Assembly: GCA_029838195.1 (NCBI GenBank) | Contig: JALGVJ010000010.1 | Span: 32,001 to 96,000, forward strand | Origin: Promethearchaeota archaeon | Lineage (GTDB): Archaea > Asgardarchaeota > Lokiarchaeia > Sigyniarchaeales > SOKP01 | Direction of reading: 5' to 3' | Length of the DNA stretch: 64,000 bases | Part shown: in pieces, positions 1 through 9,668 of the stretch | How the letters are laid out: every line of letters begins with the position of its first letter | How positions within the stretch are numbered: position 1 is the stretch's first letter | Program-made: the position numbers and the translations under genes | Notes under the pieces: generated by a model | What the model was told of the DNA's origin: nothing | What the model saw: the letters and a program-made list of their open reading frames with translations, nothing else | The model's database searches: none

Positions 1-2
1 CT

Positions 3-143
3 AAGAATTGGAAATATTCTTATGCTAAACAAGGAGAAATCATTTTGAAAACGTGTGGCGATGCGGATAAAAAATTAGCCTTGGAATTAAAACGGTGGAT
101 TCAAGACATTTTAAACGAAAATAACGATATGTCTCCCATTTAA
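3..143 (+). CDS. 3' end of an unidentified CDS running in from the left edge
   Basis: Open frame from base 3 (KNWKYSYAKQGEIILKTCGDADKKLALELKRWIQDILNENNDMSPI) ending at TAA 141-143. Confidence 0.55.
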   Translation, partial: KNWKYSYAKQGEIILKTCGDADKKLALELKRWIQDILNENNDMSPI

Positions 144-197
144 ATCTCATGGATTCTTTATCAAGTTTTTATTTCATTCCTTCTTTTTAATAGATTA

Positions 198-1478
198 ATG
201 AAAATAAGAGCAATAACGTTCGGCATAAGAGTACCCTTTTTTAAAGATATTACTACTTTTGAATCCATGATTTCTAAGAGATTAACCTATCTCTCAGAAA
301 TTCACCAGACTTTACGCACGGTATTTGAAAAAAATCATCTTGAGGTTGAGACCGTAAGAATTTGTACTCAACCAATGATTTCTAGTGAAAATAATATGAG
401 AAGGTTTCTAAATAGAATGCAAGATGTTCACGAGTTCAACGAGAAAATAGAAATCTTACAAGAAAAATGTAATGCCCATGGATTTCACTATTTTGCTTCT
501 TGCGCGATGTTAGCAGACCAAGTTATTAATATTAAGAAATGTGAAGCGTTTCTTACTTCTACTCTTCCCTCAACATTAAAAACCTTCGATAATTTTTTTA
601 CTTCTTTGCAAATCAGTTCAACAGCAAATGGATTAAATTTAAAGGGATTAAAATATTGCTGTAAAATAATAAAAAGCTTGGCTCATCCCAATCCATTTAA
701 TAATCTAAAATTTTGTGTATCCTCCAACGTACCGCCAAATACTCCCTTTTTTCCCGCCGCATATCACGCTTCGGAACATGCGAAATTTTCCCTGGCATTA
801 GAAATGGCAGATGAAGTGGTAAAAATTTTTGAGAATTATACTTCTCTGACCTTGGTACAACAAGAGTTAAGAAAGAAATTTAATGAAATTTACAATGAAT
901 TAATTAAAATCTGTGAAAATGGCGCTAAAAAATCGAATGTTAAATTTCATGGCATTGATTTTTCTCCTGCACCCTATCCCACCCTAGAAAAAAGCATAGG
1001 AACTGCGATTGAGAAATTAAATTTTGATCACTTTGGATGCCGAGGATCATTAATTGGAATTGCATTGATTAAAAGTTGCATTCCGAAAAAAGAAAAAGTA
1101 ATTGGATTTTCTGGTTTCATGCAACCAGTTCTTGAAGATTTTATCATTTCAAAAAGGGTAAGTGAAGGAAAAATTTCCCTTGAAGCTCTTTTATTAAATT
1201 CTGCTATATGTGGAACGGGACTGGATTGCATACCCTTACCCCATGATATATCTGAGAGAGAACTCTTTTATATATTGTTAGATCTCTGTACTCTTTCCAT
1301 ATCTTTAAATAAACCTTTAACGGCGAGATTGATGCCAATTAAAGGTAAATTATCGGGAGATGAGGTGGATTTTGATTTTGAATATTTTGCAAAATCAAAA
1401 GTCATGAACGTTCCTCGGCTGATGGATATTAAAAAAAGTGACTTGTTTTATCAAAACGATGACTTTTTCAAATTTTAG
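198..1478 (+). CDS. DUF711 (UPF0210, PFL-like) family protein
   Basis: Motifs FCVSSNVPPNTPFFPAAYH, GFSGFMQPVLED, SAICGTGLDCIPLP and KPLTARLMPI are typical of DUF711. Confidence 0.85.
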   Translation: MKIRAITFGIRVPFFKDITTFESMISKRLTYLSEIHQTLRTVFEKNHLEVETVRICTQPMISSENNMRRFLNRMQDVHEFNEKIEILQEKCNAHGFHYFASCAMLADQVINIKKCEAFLTSTLPSTLKTFDNFFTSLQISSTANGLNLKGLKYCCKIIKSLAHPNPFNNLKFCVSSNVPPNTPFFPAAYHASEHAKFSLALEMADEVVKIFENYTSLTLVQQELRKKFNEIYNELIKICENGAKKSNVKFHGIDFSPAPYPTLEKSIGTAIEKLNFDHFGCRGSLIGIALIKSCIPKKEKVIGFSGFMQPVLEDFIISKRVSEGKISLEALLLNSAICGTGLDCIPLPHDISERELFYILLDLCTLSISLNKPLTARLMPIKGKLSGDEVDFDFEYFAKSKVMNVPRLMDIKKSDLFYQNDDFFKF

Positions 1479-1588
1479 GAATAAAATTTTAAATCATCCT
1501 TGCTTATTTCCATGGGATTAATTTAATTATTTAAATGCGTTCATGTATAATAATAATAGAATTAATCAACTGAATTAGGGTTAAAAAA

Positions 1589-2038
1589 ATGAAAAGCAAA
1601 CCTCATTTTAAAAAGGCGGTAGATTATTTTGAAATGATTTTAGAACCAAATTTTGATGCTCCAGACTCACCTTTAGGTAAAATTAAAAAAAACATCATCA
1701 ATGCCAACAATCTTTATGAAGAAATGCTCCAAGAAATTAATAATTTAAGAGATGTTTTATTAAATTATTCAATTAAAGAGCAAGACTCCATGAGTCCAAA
1801 AGAAAAAGAATTATTTCATAAATTTATGACATTCTACGCTACGTGTCCCATTTGCAATAAAAAGAATCACCAAAACTATCTGAAAAGGTTTTATTTTAGT
1901 GATGATCCTAATATCATGCAAATTAAAAATGCGTTAATTAAACTCATGATGATGGAGCCTCAAGAATCTTGGATTCATGTAGGAATTCCATGTTGTGAGT
2001 GTCATGATAAATATTTTAAAGGAATAAATCACGAATGA
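1589..2038 (+). CDS. hypothetical protein with probable Zn site
   Basis: 149-aa ORF with CPIC..H and PCCECH motifs. Confidence 0.7.
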   Translation: MKSKPHFKKAVDYFEMILEPNFDAPDSPLGKIKKNIINANNLYEEMLQEINNLRDVLLNYSIKEQDSMSPKEKELFHKFMTFYATCPICNKKNHQNYLKRFYFSDDPNIMQIKNALIKLMMMEPQESWIHVGIPCCECHDKYFKGINHE

Positions 2039-2057
2039 GCAGAACACGAGAATCAAT

Positions 2058-2387
2058 TCATAAATACTCAATAATTTTTCCTGCTTGAGTTATCTCATAC
2101 TTTACCTCGTCATTTTCATTTTTCTCTTTAATGCAGAGTGCTTTAACAAGAAAATCAAGGTTATATTGAAAAGTATTCTCATCAATCTCGATGCCATTCT
2201 GCTTCATATAAGCATATAAATCTCCTTTTAAAATGCTTTTCTCCCTATTCACTTTTTCTAACATTTTTCGCCGAATGGGATGATTAACGGCTTTTAAATA
2301 GAGACCATGATAATATCGTGAACCTTCCACGGTCTTAAGATATTCCTCAATATTCTCATAATTTCTAAATTCAAACTCATCTGACAT
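2058..2387 (-). CDS. ArsR-like winged-helix protein (likely start 2387; track ORF extends to 2432)
   Basis: LKAVNHPIRRKMLEKV...FQYNLDFLVKALCI...YEITQAG wHTH pattern. Confidence 0.75.
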   Translation of the reverse strand: MSDEFEFRNYENIEEYLKTVEGSRYYHGLYLKAVNHPIRRKMLEKVNREKSILKGDLYAYMKQNGIEIDENTFQYNLDFLVKALCIKEKNENDEVKYEITQAGKIIEYL

Positions 2388-2597
2388 CTCTTTCAAGTAA
2401 TTGAAGGATGTGCACAAATTAAATTTTTTCATGTTGTTTTTCGCATTCCTTGTAAAAAAATCAGAAGAAAATTGCTCAATTTACCCCATGATTTAATGAG
2501 ATAATGATTTTGGAATACAAATCAAGTGTTAAAAATGCATAGTAAGTTTGCTTATAGAAACGAAGATGTATAAAAATAGTGAGTGTTCCTCCTCTTT

Positions 2598-2615
2598 TTT
2601 ATGAATTTTCATAAA
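2598..2615. promoter_or_regulatory. candidate operator palindrome between the divergent wHTH gene and the aldolase
   Basis: TTTATGAA-TT-TTCATAAA, 8-bp perfect arms; AT-rich, so weak. Confidence 0.3.
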
Positions 2616-2694
2616 GAAAATAGGAAATTATTTTACAATTTATTTCTTATTCTTACTCGAAAATCTAATAAATTTTAGAGGTTGTCATGTTAAA

Positions 2695-3759
2695 ATGGAT
2701 ATAAATGAAATAAAAAGTTTAATTGGACCTGAAGAAGCAACGGATCTCCTAACACATAAATGCGTGGGCATTCCCAAGGATAAGATACATCTCCCTGGCC
2801 CAGATTACATCGAACGTGTCTGGGAACACTCAGATAGAAATAATCGCGTATTAAATAACATGCATAGATTATTCAATTCTTGTGGACGTTTGGCAGGAAC
2901 CGGTTATCTCTCCATTTTACCCGTGGATCAAGGCGTCGAACATTCTGCTTCCGCCAGTTTTGCCCCCAATCCTCTCTATTTTGATCCAGAAAACATTATT
3001 AAATTAGCCATTGAAGGAGGATGCAACGCCGTGGCCTCGACTCTAGGCATCCTTGGATCCGTAGCCCGACGATACGCCAGGAAAATTCCCTTTATCATGA
3101 AAATCAATCATAACGAGTTGCTGACTAAACCAGAATTATCTGACCAAACCTTATTTGCCAGTGTCGAACAAGCATTCAAGATGGGTGCTGCAGCAGTAGG
3201 AGCAACAATTTATTTTGGCTCTCCTGAAAGTAGACGCCAGATAAAAGAGGTAAGCGAAGCTTTTGAATATGCCCATGAATTAGGATTGGTCTGCATTTTA
3301 TGGTGCTATTTACGCAATAAGAAGGAGTTCATCAAAGATGGGAAAGATTATCACACGTCTAATGATTTAGAAAGCCAAGCTAACTATTTAGGTGCAACAA
3401 TTGAAGCAGATATCATCAAACAAAAAATTTCCACCACTAATAGAGGATTTTTAGAATTAAATTTCGGAAAAACGGATAAATTAGTATATGAAAAACTAGC
3501 CACGGATCATCCCTTAGAATGGAATAGGTATCAAGTAGCCAATTGTTTCATGGGAAGAGTTGGTTTAATAAATTCAGGAGGCGAATCTGGTAAGACAGAT
3601 CTAGCAGATGCCGTGAGAGCAGCAATCATTAACAAGCGAGCTGGAGGGATGGGCCTTATATTGGGCCGAAAAGCTTTCAAGAAGTCAATGACTGAAGGAA
3701 TTAAAATTCTAAATGCCGTCCAAGATGTTTACTTGAACAAGGATATAACTATCGCATGA
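2695..3759 (+). CDS. fbaB: class I fructose-bisphosphate aldolase (FbaB/DhnA type)
   Basis: [35 protein letters not shown] (Schiff-base Lys), [16 protein letters not shown]. Confidence 0.95.
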   Translation: MDINEIKSLIGPEEATDLLTHKCVGIPKDKIHLPGPDYIERVWEHSDRNNRVLNNMHRLFNSCGRLAGTGYLSILPVDQGVEHSASASFAPNPLYFDPENIIKLAIEGGCNAVASTLGILGSVARRYARKIPFIMKINHNELLTKPELSDQTLFASVEQAFKMGAAAVGATIYFGSPESRRQIKEVSEAFEYAHELGLVCILWCYLRNKKEFIKDGKDYHTSNDLESQANYLGATIEADIIKQKISTTNRGFLELNFGKTDKLVYEKLATDHPLEWNRYQVANCFMGRVGLINSGGESGKTDLADAVRAAIINKRAGGMGLILGRKAFKKSMTEGIKILNAVQDVYLNKDITIA

Positions 3760-4004
3760 AGTATTTAATTATTTCACATTTTATTTTTAAGATTGCTAAC
3801 GAGTATTTAATCCCATCTTTCCTCTTATTTATTTTTTAGTTCATGAAAAAGGAACTCTTTTTATCCTAATTTATTTAATAAAAGCATTAATCATTAGTTT
3901 TTATAAAAACTGGACTATGCAAATTATTAAAAGATTAGATTACATTACCTTTATAGATATAGAAAAAATAACTCAAATTTAAAATTATAATGTGAGATTG
4001 AATC

Positions 4005-4799
4005 ATGGGAAAAAATAATGATTTTTATCCTGATCCAAAAAAAAATCCTTATCGTGTTCAACCAGGATATTCTCCCTCCAAGCCATTTCCACCTCAAACT
4101 CCACCGATTCCCTCCACTTCTTCTCAACAAGGCATTAACTTTGATATTCTACGATTATGCCCTAAATGTGGGAAAATAATCAAAATTTCATATAAATTTT
4201 GTAAATTTTGTGGTTTAAACTTGAGTGAGATCCCATCGTTGAAAGATTCTGATGACATTTCCAAGCAGTTGGCTCTTACAGCAATTACCGACCCAGAGTC
4301 ATCAGTAAGAAAAGAAGCGGTTGATACATTGGGTAATTTCAAGGAGTTTTCAGTTTTAGGGGTCTTGACCCATGTACTTCTGAATGATCCTGATGAGAAT
4401 GTAAGAAAAGTTGCGGCGCACGAGCTTGGCGAGCTCGCACACCTTATTTCACTTGATCCATTGACTGCCGCGTTAAAGGATCAATCTCCTAAGGTCAGAA
4501 AGGAAGCTATTGAAGGATTGAAAAAAATTAGAGAAAAAATTAAACCCAAAGAAAAGGAAAAAGAAGAGATAAAAGAAAAAATTAAAGAAAACTCAAGTCC
4601 TACCATTTCAGAACAAAATTTTAACTCAATTCCGAAAATAATGGATGAGCCTAAAGAAATAGAACTAGAAGAAGTCCCGCTAAAAGACACGGATGAGAAT
4701 AAAAAAAGTGAAAATAATCTCGATTTGGAACCAATTGGCGGGGAAAAAGAGACCAAATTGAAAGAAAAAGACGTAGATGAATTACTTGATGAGATATAA
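4005..4799 (+). CDS. zinc ribbon + HEAT-repeat protein with Pro-rich N-terminus and acidic tail
   Basis: CPKC..CKFC ribbon; three DP(E/D)..VRK(E/V)A..L HEAT_2-type repeats. Confidence 0.8.
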   Translation: MGKNNDFYPDPKKNPYRVQPGYSPSKPFPPQTPPIPSTSSQQGINFDILRLCPKCGKIIKISYKFCKFCGLNLSEIPSLKDSDDISKQLALTAITDPESSVRKEAVDTLGNFKEFSVLGVLTHVLLNDPDENVRKVAAHELGELAHLISLDPLTAALKDQSPKVRKEAIEGLKKIREKIKPKEKEKEEIKEKIKENSSPTISEQNFNSIPKIMDEPKEIELEEVPLKDTDENKKSENNLDLEPIGGEKETKLKEKDVDELLDEI

Positions 4800-4826
4800 T
4801 TAAATTTTAATGTTCTTTAATAATTC

Positions 4827-4852
4827 CCTCAAATTATTACCTCAAATTATTA
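4827..4852. repeat. 13-bp tandem duplication in intergenic DNA
   Basis: CCTCAAATTATTA x2. Confidence 0.6.
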
Positions 4853-4928
4853 TACAATTTTTTCAGAGAAAATAATGAACCATCAATTTTGGTGATGATG
4901 GCTCTTATTTTCATGAAAAATAGTGATT

Positions 4929-6101
4929 CTATGCTTTAGGGATTTCTGGTAATTTTCTTTTTTTAGGAGTGCCTACTCTTTCTTTCTCTTTCTCATTCTT
5001 GAGCACGTTTTCAATAATCTCAATAATCTCGCCTTTTTTTGCTTTGGTAGGCAATTCAATCTTCCTTTCTTTTGCGAAAAGCTTGAGCTCTTTTACTGTC
5101 ATGGGACTAAGATCAAGAGAATTCTTATTGTCGTTTTTAGAATCTCCATTATCCGATGAAGTGGTATCTTTATCACTTACTTTTTCCCTAGTAATTATTT
5201 CGACCGCTTCTACGATGCCTTTATCATCATTAAAATACACGCGAAATAAATGATCATCCAATTCTACCATGTTTTTTGGAAGTGTTTTTAAAGGTTCCCA
5301 TTCCGTTTCTTCCACGTCTTTACCGAACACGTTTACTTTTTTGAAAACAGGAGCATAAAGCTGGTTTCCTAAAATTAAATTTTGTCGCTTATGGTTTTGA
5401 GGAATCTCCGATTTAAGAATCCGGTCTAAAAGCCGTTTTTTATCTTCTTCAAAGAGACCCCCAAAATTCTTACTTTCCTTTCCCGTCGGATAAGGGATGT
5501 ACGTGCGGGTAGGAGGAGGGGTAGTGCGAGCAGGAGAAGGTTTCTTACGCTCCATTGGAGTAATGTTTTTTTTAGAAATTGATATATCTTGCAAGGCTGA
5601 CACATCGATCTTTTGACCCGTCTTCTTCTCTATTTCTTGAAGTGCTGGCGAAAAATATGGCTCAGATTCAGCCTTACCACCGATCTCTTTTGATTCAACG
5701 ACTTTTCCTAAAGCCTCTCCCCGTTCCTTTTCGATGTTGCGAACATATCTCATATCTGCCAGTCGTTCTGTTACTTCCATCGACTTGAGACCAAATGCCC
5801 TTAAAAATTCTTCAACTTCATCTCCTTGGTCCACACTAACGATTTTACACCTATGAAACGCAGCCTCTTTTACTAACTCCTCTTGTAGAGCACTCGCAAT
5901 CCTTGAACTGATGAATCTTTTTCTTACGGGAGATTTTGCTCCTTTCCAAATATAAATTCTTCTGAGTTCTTCCTTCACGATTATAAAAACTTCTTCAGGA
6001 TGTAATATATTTTCTAATTCTTCTTCCGATACGGCTAATCGCACTCTCTCGCCTGTTTCTGAAATGCCAAATACCATGAAATAATCGTACGAGTCGGACA
6101 T
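4929..6101 (-). CDS. Asgard gelsolin-domain protein (1DGelX-like) with C-terminal Rho-N/SAP-like helix-extension-helix motif
   Basis: N-terminal LHPEEVFIIV..RRIYIWKGAKSPVRKRFISSRIA...VDQGDEVEEF matches the gelsolin repeat; C-terminal LSPMTVKELKLFAKERKIELPTKAKKGEIIEII matches Rho-N/SAP. Confidence 0.8.
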   Translation of the reverse strand: MSDSYDYFMVFGISETGERVRLAVSEEELENILHPEEVFIIVKEELRRIYIWKGAKSPVRKRFISSRIASALQEELVKEAAFHRCKIVSVDQGDEVEEFLRAFGLKSMEVTERLADMRYVRNIEKERGEALGKVVESKEIGGKAESEPYFSPALQEIEKKTGQKIDVSALQDISISKKNITPMERKKPSPARTTPPPTRTYIPYPTGKESKNFGGLFEEDKKRLLDRILKSEIPQNHKRQNLILGNQLYAPVFKKVNVFGKDVEETEWEPLKTLPKNMVELDDHLFRVYFNDDKGIVEAVEIITREKVSDKDTTSSDNGDSKNDNKNSLDLSPMTVKELKLFAKERKIELPTKAKKGEIIEIIENVLKNEKEKERVGTPKKRKLPEIPKA

Positions 6102-6283
6102 GTTCTTCTTTTAATCTAGCATTTGTAATATTAATAATTTCACTCCATTCAGGTTTTTATTAAACTGCTTAATAGAGATTTTTACTTATTTTATATCATT
6201 ACAATAATTTTTTAAAAATTTATATTTATCTGAAAAAAAAGATCGTTAAAAAAATTCAATTTAAATTAGAAAATATTACAATT

Positions 6284-6964
6284 CTATTTTGTATCATGAA
6301 GTACGTTGTCTATGGAAAGTACAAAGCCCAAAAGAATTCTGCGGTCGGTTTCATTATCCAAAATTCTAAGTGCATACGTATCTTTAAAGTCAAATATCCC
6401 TCCTAAAAAGATATCTCTCCATTTATCAGCTTTTTCTATTTCTGCGACGATTTTTCCCGTAGATAAATCCTTGATCTTAAAAGAAAAACCCATGAAATTA
6501 CCTTGTGCCTCATACCATTCGTTTCCTTCCGGATCTTCCAAATAAAATTTCGGTCTGAAAAAGGATAATATTTTTTTCTTAATACGAGCAATAAGATTCC
6601 CTTCAGCGTCTTTTAAATCTTGAGCTCCTCGCGCAGATATGATTTTTGCATGTATGGACGCAGCAACTGTACCATCGAGTTCTAATAATTCCACTTTCTT
6701 TCGAATACTAAAGATTTTTCTTTTCATTTTTCCAATGACTTGGTTGTTCTCATCTAGAATATCTCCACTTCCCCAGTCCCAATATTTTTCCTTCAAGATG
6801 TAATAATTTCTATTCAGGGAAAACAAGCCTTCTTGGGGAGAAATTTGGCTTGGTTTCGGACTAGCTTGCGGGGGCGTTGTACCACCTTTTAATTGGGCAC
6901 CACATTGTTCGCAAAAATTTTGATCAGCGGAGCGCAGTTTTGCGCCACATGACGGACAGAACAA
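6284..6964 (-). CDS. zinc ribbon + LURP-one/scramblase (tubby-fold) protein
   Basis: MFCPSCG..FCEQCG ribbon; repeated D..G..(V/I)A.I.KK units and DTYALRI...ILLGFVLSID C-terminus of the LURP-one family. Confidence 0.8.
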   Translation of the reverse strand: MFCPSCGAKLRSADQNFCEQCGAQLKGGTTPPQASPKPSQISPQEGLFSLNRNYYILKEKYWDWGSGDILDENNQVIGKMKRKIFSIRKKVELLELDGTVAASIHAKIISARGAQDLKDAEGNLIARIKKKILSFFRPKFYLEDPEGNEWYEAQGNFMGFSFKIKDLSTGKIVAEIEKADKWRDIFLGGIFDFKDTYALRILDNETDRRILLGFVLSIDNVLHDTK

Positions 6965-7225
6965 TTGTAATCAACTCTTTACAATAATATTTATTAATAA
7001 ATTAAAGAAATTATACTCTTAAATTATTTTGTACTTAAAAAATAAATGCAGTTTTTTGGATAATACTATTTATTAATGAATTTGAGGGGTATTTTTGATT
7101 TGTCTCATCATATTATTAAATTAGAGTCCATCTTTAATACTGATGGAATGAAAACAAAAGGTTATTTTATTTACGAGCAATACTTTTAATTATGAGCATG
7201 ATGTAATGGATCGTGAATATTAAAA

Positions 7226-8017
7226 ATGGCTAGCATGAACGATTTATTAAAATTAAAGGATTACGTGACGTTGACCGGAACGACATTAGGAGTTATAGCT
7301 CTCATCATTGGGGCGTCTGGAGGAAGAGAAAGCATTTCTTTGGCATTTTTTCTGCTCGTCATTACCCTAGGAACGGATTTATTAGATGGGTGGATTGCTC
7401 GTAAGATGAATACGGTCAATGAAATTGGGATTCAACTTGATTCCTTGAGCGATTCTCTTACTTTTGGAATAGCGCCAGGAATTTTGATTTTTATAGCATT
7501 TCAGAGGGGAGAATTATTTGATCTCATTCTTATAGTGGGATGCATTTGTTTTGTTTTAGGAGCGATATTGAGGTTAGCAAGGTTTAATATTTCAAAAACA
7601 CCGGGATACGTGGGTGTTCCCGTACCCATAACTGCCTTGATGATAATTTGCTTTTTTTATAGTAATTTTTTCTATTTTCTTGCCATGATTAGTGAGAATC
7701 CTAGTGAATCTGTGCCTTCCTTTCCTCTTATTTCTTATTATATTCTTCCCTTCTTGCTCATATTGATGGGTTGGTTAAATATTACCACGCGCGTTAAATT
7801 TGGAAAGAAAGGAAAGGAAATTTATATATTGTTTTTAGTGGGAGCTCCATTAGCACCTATATTAGGAATAATTGGCTTGTTAAGGCCAGGACCTGCAATT
7901 TCTTTAATAATTTCTGGATTCTTTTTCGGTTCCTTAATAATACAATTTGGTATTATTATAAAGGGTTTACTTAAAAAAAAACCAGAAAAAGAGTTATCTG
8001 AAAAAATCAAAGAGTAA
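7226..8017 (+). CDS. pssA: CDP-alcohol phosphatidyltransferase, archaetidylserine/phosphatidylserine synthase-like
   Basis: DLLDGWIARK....GIQLDSLSDSLTFGIAP signature; LRLARFNI and GVPVP motifs of the PssA subfamily. Confidence 0.8.
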   Translation: MASMNDLLKLKDYVTLTGTTLGVIALIIGASGGRESISLAFFLLVITLGTDLLDGWIARKMNTVNEIGIQLDSLSDSLTFGIAPGILIFIAFQRGELFDLILIVGCICFVLGAILRLARFNISKTPGYVGVPVPITALMIICFFYSNFFYFLAMISENPSESVPSFPLISYYILPFLLILMGWLNITTRVKFGKKGKEIYILFLVGAPLAPILGIIGLLRPGPAISLIISGFFFGSLIIQFGIIIKGLLKKKPEKELSEKIKE

Positions 8018-8023
8018 GGGATT

Positions 8024-9529
8024 CTATTGAATGTTCAATTTTTTTTTCCATTGTTCTATATTAGAGATGATGAGTTCAATATCTTCTTCATTTAGTTGTG
8101 TTTCTGATCCTTTAAATTGATTGATGATCCGACCGATCTGGTGGAGCGTGACAGAGAATCCTTTTTCTTCCAAAATTTTATCAGCAATTCCTTGTAATTG
8201 TCTACTAAAATCATTACTTTTTAAGTTTTTTAGATTCTTAACTAAATTATTAAACATCATCCCGATAGATTCTGGTTCTTTTTTTACTTCTGTTTTAGGT
8301 ACTTCTTTTTCAACTAAAACTAAATCATGGGAACTGACACTGGGTTTCAAGGGAGGCGGCGGTTCTTCCTTTTTTAGAGCCTCTAACTTTTTAACCGTAG
8401 GACGAGGCGCTGAAAATTTGATGGAGGCTGGTTTTACTTTAGCTTCTGGTCTCTCTTTTTTTGGGGGAATATGTGGTCTTTCAATCTCTTCTTTTTGAAG
8501 GGTTGGTACTTCCTCCTTTTTTAGCGGCACTTTTTTACTCGTTAATTTTCTCAGGTAATCCGAGAGCAGGAGTGTTATTGGTTCATTCAATCCAATTATA
8601 TCTTTTATTGATTTATCTAATAATGAAGACATCGTGGAAAGTATTCCTTGTTTCAAGGTTTTGATGTTTTTCTCGTCCGTTTCCTCATGTGATTTCAGAA
8701 GAGAACTGATGCGATTCAATTTTAATTCGAAATCATTCAATAGATTTAACAAGATTAATTTCAAATCTGTTTGATATTGTACGGATTGCACGAGTAACTG
8801 TTCAAACGTGCCTTTATTCCGTTCGTTCTCTACTGCAATCTTGATTTGCTGCGCATTATTTACCAAGATTTCATTAAATTTAATTTTTAATTGTTGTTCC
8901 ACTTCATTCAAGAAATCTTCTTTATTTTTTTTTAAGTCATGATGATTCATAAGGGTACTAATGATAGATCTCAAATCAGTAATCGTTTGATCTATGGTTT
9001 TACTTGATGGTTTAAGATGTCCCGTGATGGTTTTTACTAATTGTTCTTGTTGATTTTTCATTTGAGTATTAAGTTGATTTAGTTTTACCACCAAATCATC
9101 CACGTCTTTTTTTTGAACAATACTGAGAGATTCATAATCCTTAAAAATTTCGGTGAAAGGTTGGTGGAGAGTCTCATTTTTTTCAGCTTCATGGCTATCT
9201 ATGATTTTTTGGAAAGATTTATCAAAATGTTCCATTATTCGGGAATGAATCGAGGAAAGGTTTGAAGCAATGTTCTTATAATATTTATTGATTAACTCGA
9301 GAGGAGGATTAGGCATGAACACTTCGGGGCGAGAATGGTCGTCTCCTTTAATAGGAACTAGAAGATTATTATCCATTAATTCTTCAATAACAGAGTTGAA
9401 TTGTTCTTCTGGTAAATCCGGGAGATATTTTTTTAAATCTCCTTGTTTTAATGAAGGTAATCCAATAATCCGAGAGTATAAGTTTATCCCCTCTTTTGAA
9501 ATTCGGGAATTTTTTAAAAATTCTTCCAT
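8024..9529 (-). CDS. TrmB-like wHTH + long coiled-coil + Pro-rich linker + helical C-terminal domain protein
   Basis: N-terminus ISKEGINLYSRI...IEELMDNNLL...FMPNPP resembles the TrmB HTH; heptad-rich central region. Confidence 0.65.
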   Translation of the reverse strand: MEEFLKNSRISKEGINLYSRIIGLPSLKQGDLKKYLPDLPEEQFNSVIEELMDNNLLVPIKGDDHSRPEVFMPNPPLELINKYYKNIASNLSSIHSRIMEHFDKSFQKIIDSHEAEKNETLHQPFTEIFKDYESLSIVQKKDVDDLVVKLNQLNTQMKNQQEQLVKTITGHLKPSSKTIDQTITDLRSIISTLMNHHDLKKNKEDFLNEVEQQLKIKFNEILVNNAQQIKIAVENERNKGTFEQLLVQSVQYQTDLKLILLNLLNDFELKLNRISSLLKSHEETDEKNIKTLKQGILSTMSSLLDKSIKDIIGLNEPITLLLSDYLRKLTSKKVPLKKEEVPTLQKEEIERPHIPPKKERPEAKVKPASIKFSAPRPTVKKLEALKKEEPPPPLKPSVSSHDLVLVEKEVPKTEVKKEPESIGMMFNNLVKNLKNLKSNDFSRQLQGIADKILEEKGFSVTLHQIGRIINQFKGSETQLNEEDIELIISNIEQWKKKLNIQ

Positions 9530-9560
9530 TCAAGATCTTCTCATGGTTAAATGACTTTAA

Positions 9561-9572
9561 TTAAGTACTTAA
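9561..9572. promoter_or_regulatory. palindrome in the divergent promoter region
   Basis: TTAAGTACTTAA perfect palindrome; TATA-like TTTATAAA at 9641-9648, about 28 nt before ATG 9669. Confidence 0.3.
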
Positions 9573-9668
9573 ATGTCAATTAATAATAATAAATCTATCG
9601 TACCCCCCATTAAATATATCTTATCTTAGTACTTATTTTATTTATAAACTATATGCAATGATTTTTAT

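Noticed and set aside
9627-9641. 15-mer TAGTACTTATTTTAT repeated at 57950-57964 (11-mer also at 49155)
   Set aside because: Low-complexity AT-rich word; a similar long match occurs inside a CDS at about 51614, so chance cannot be excluded
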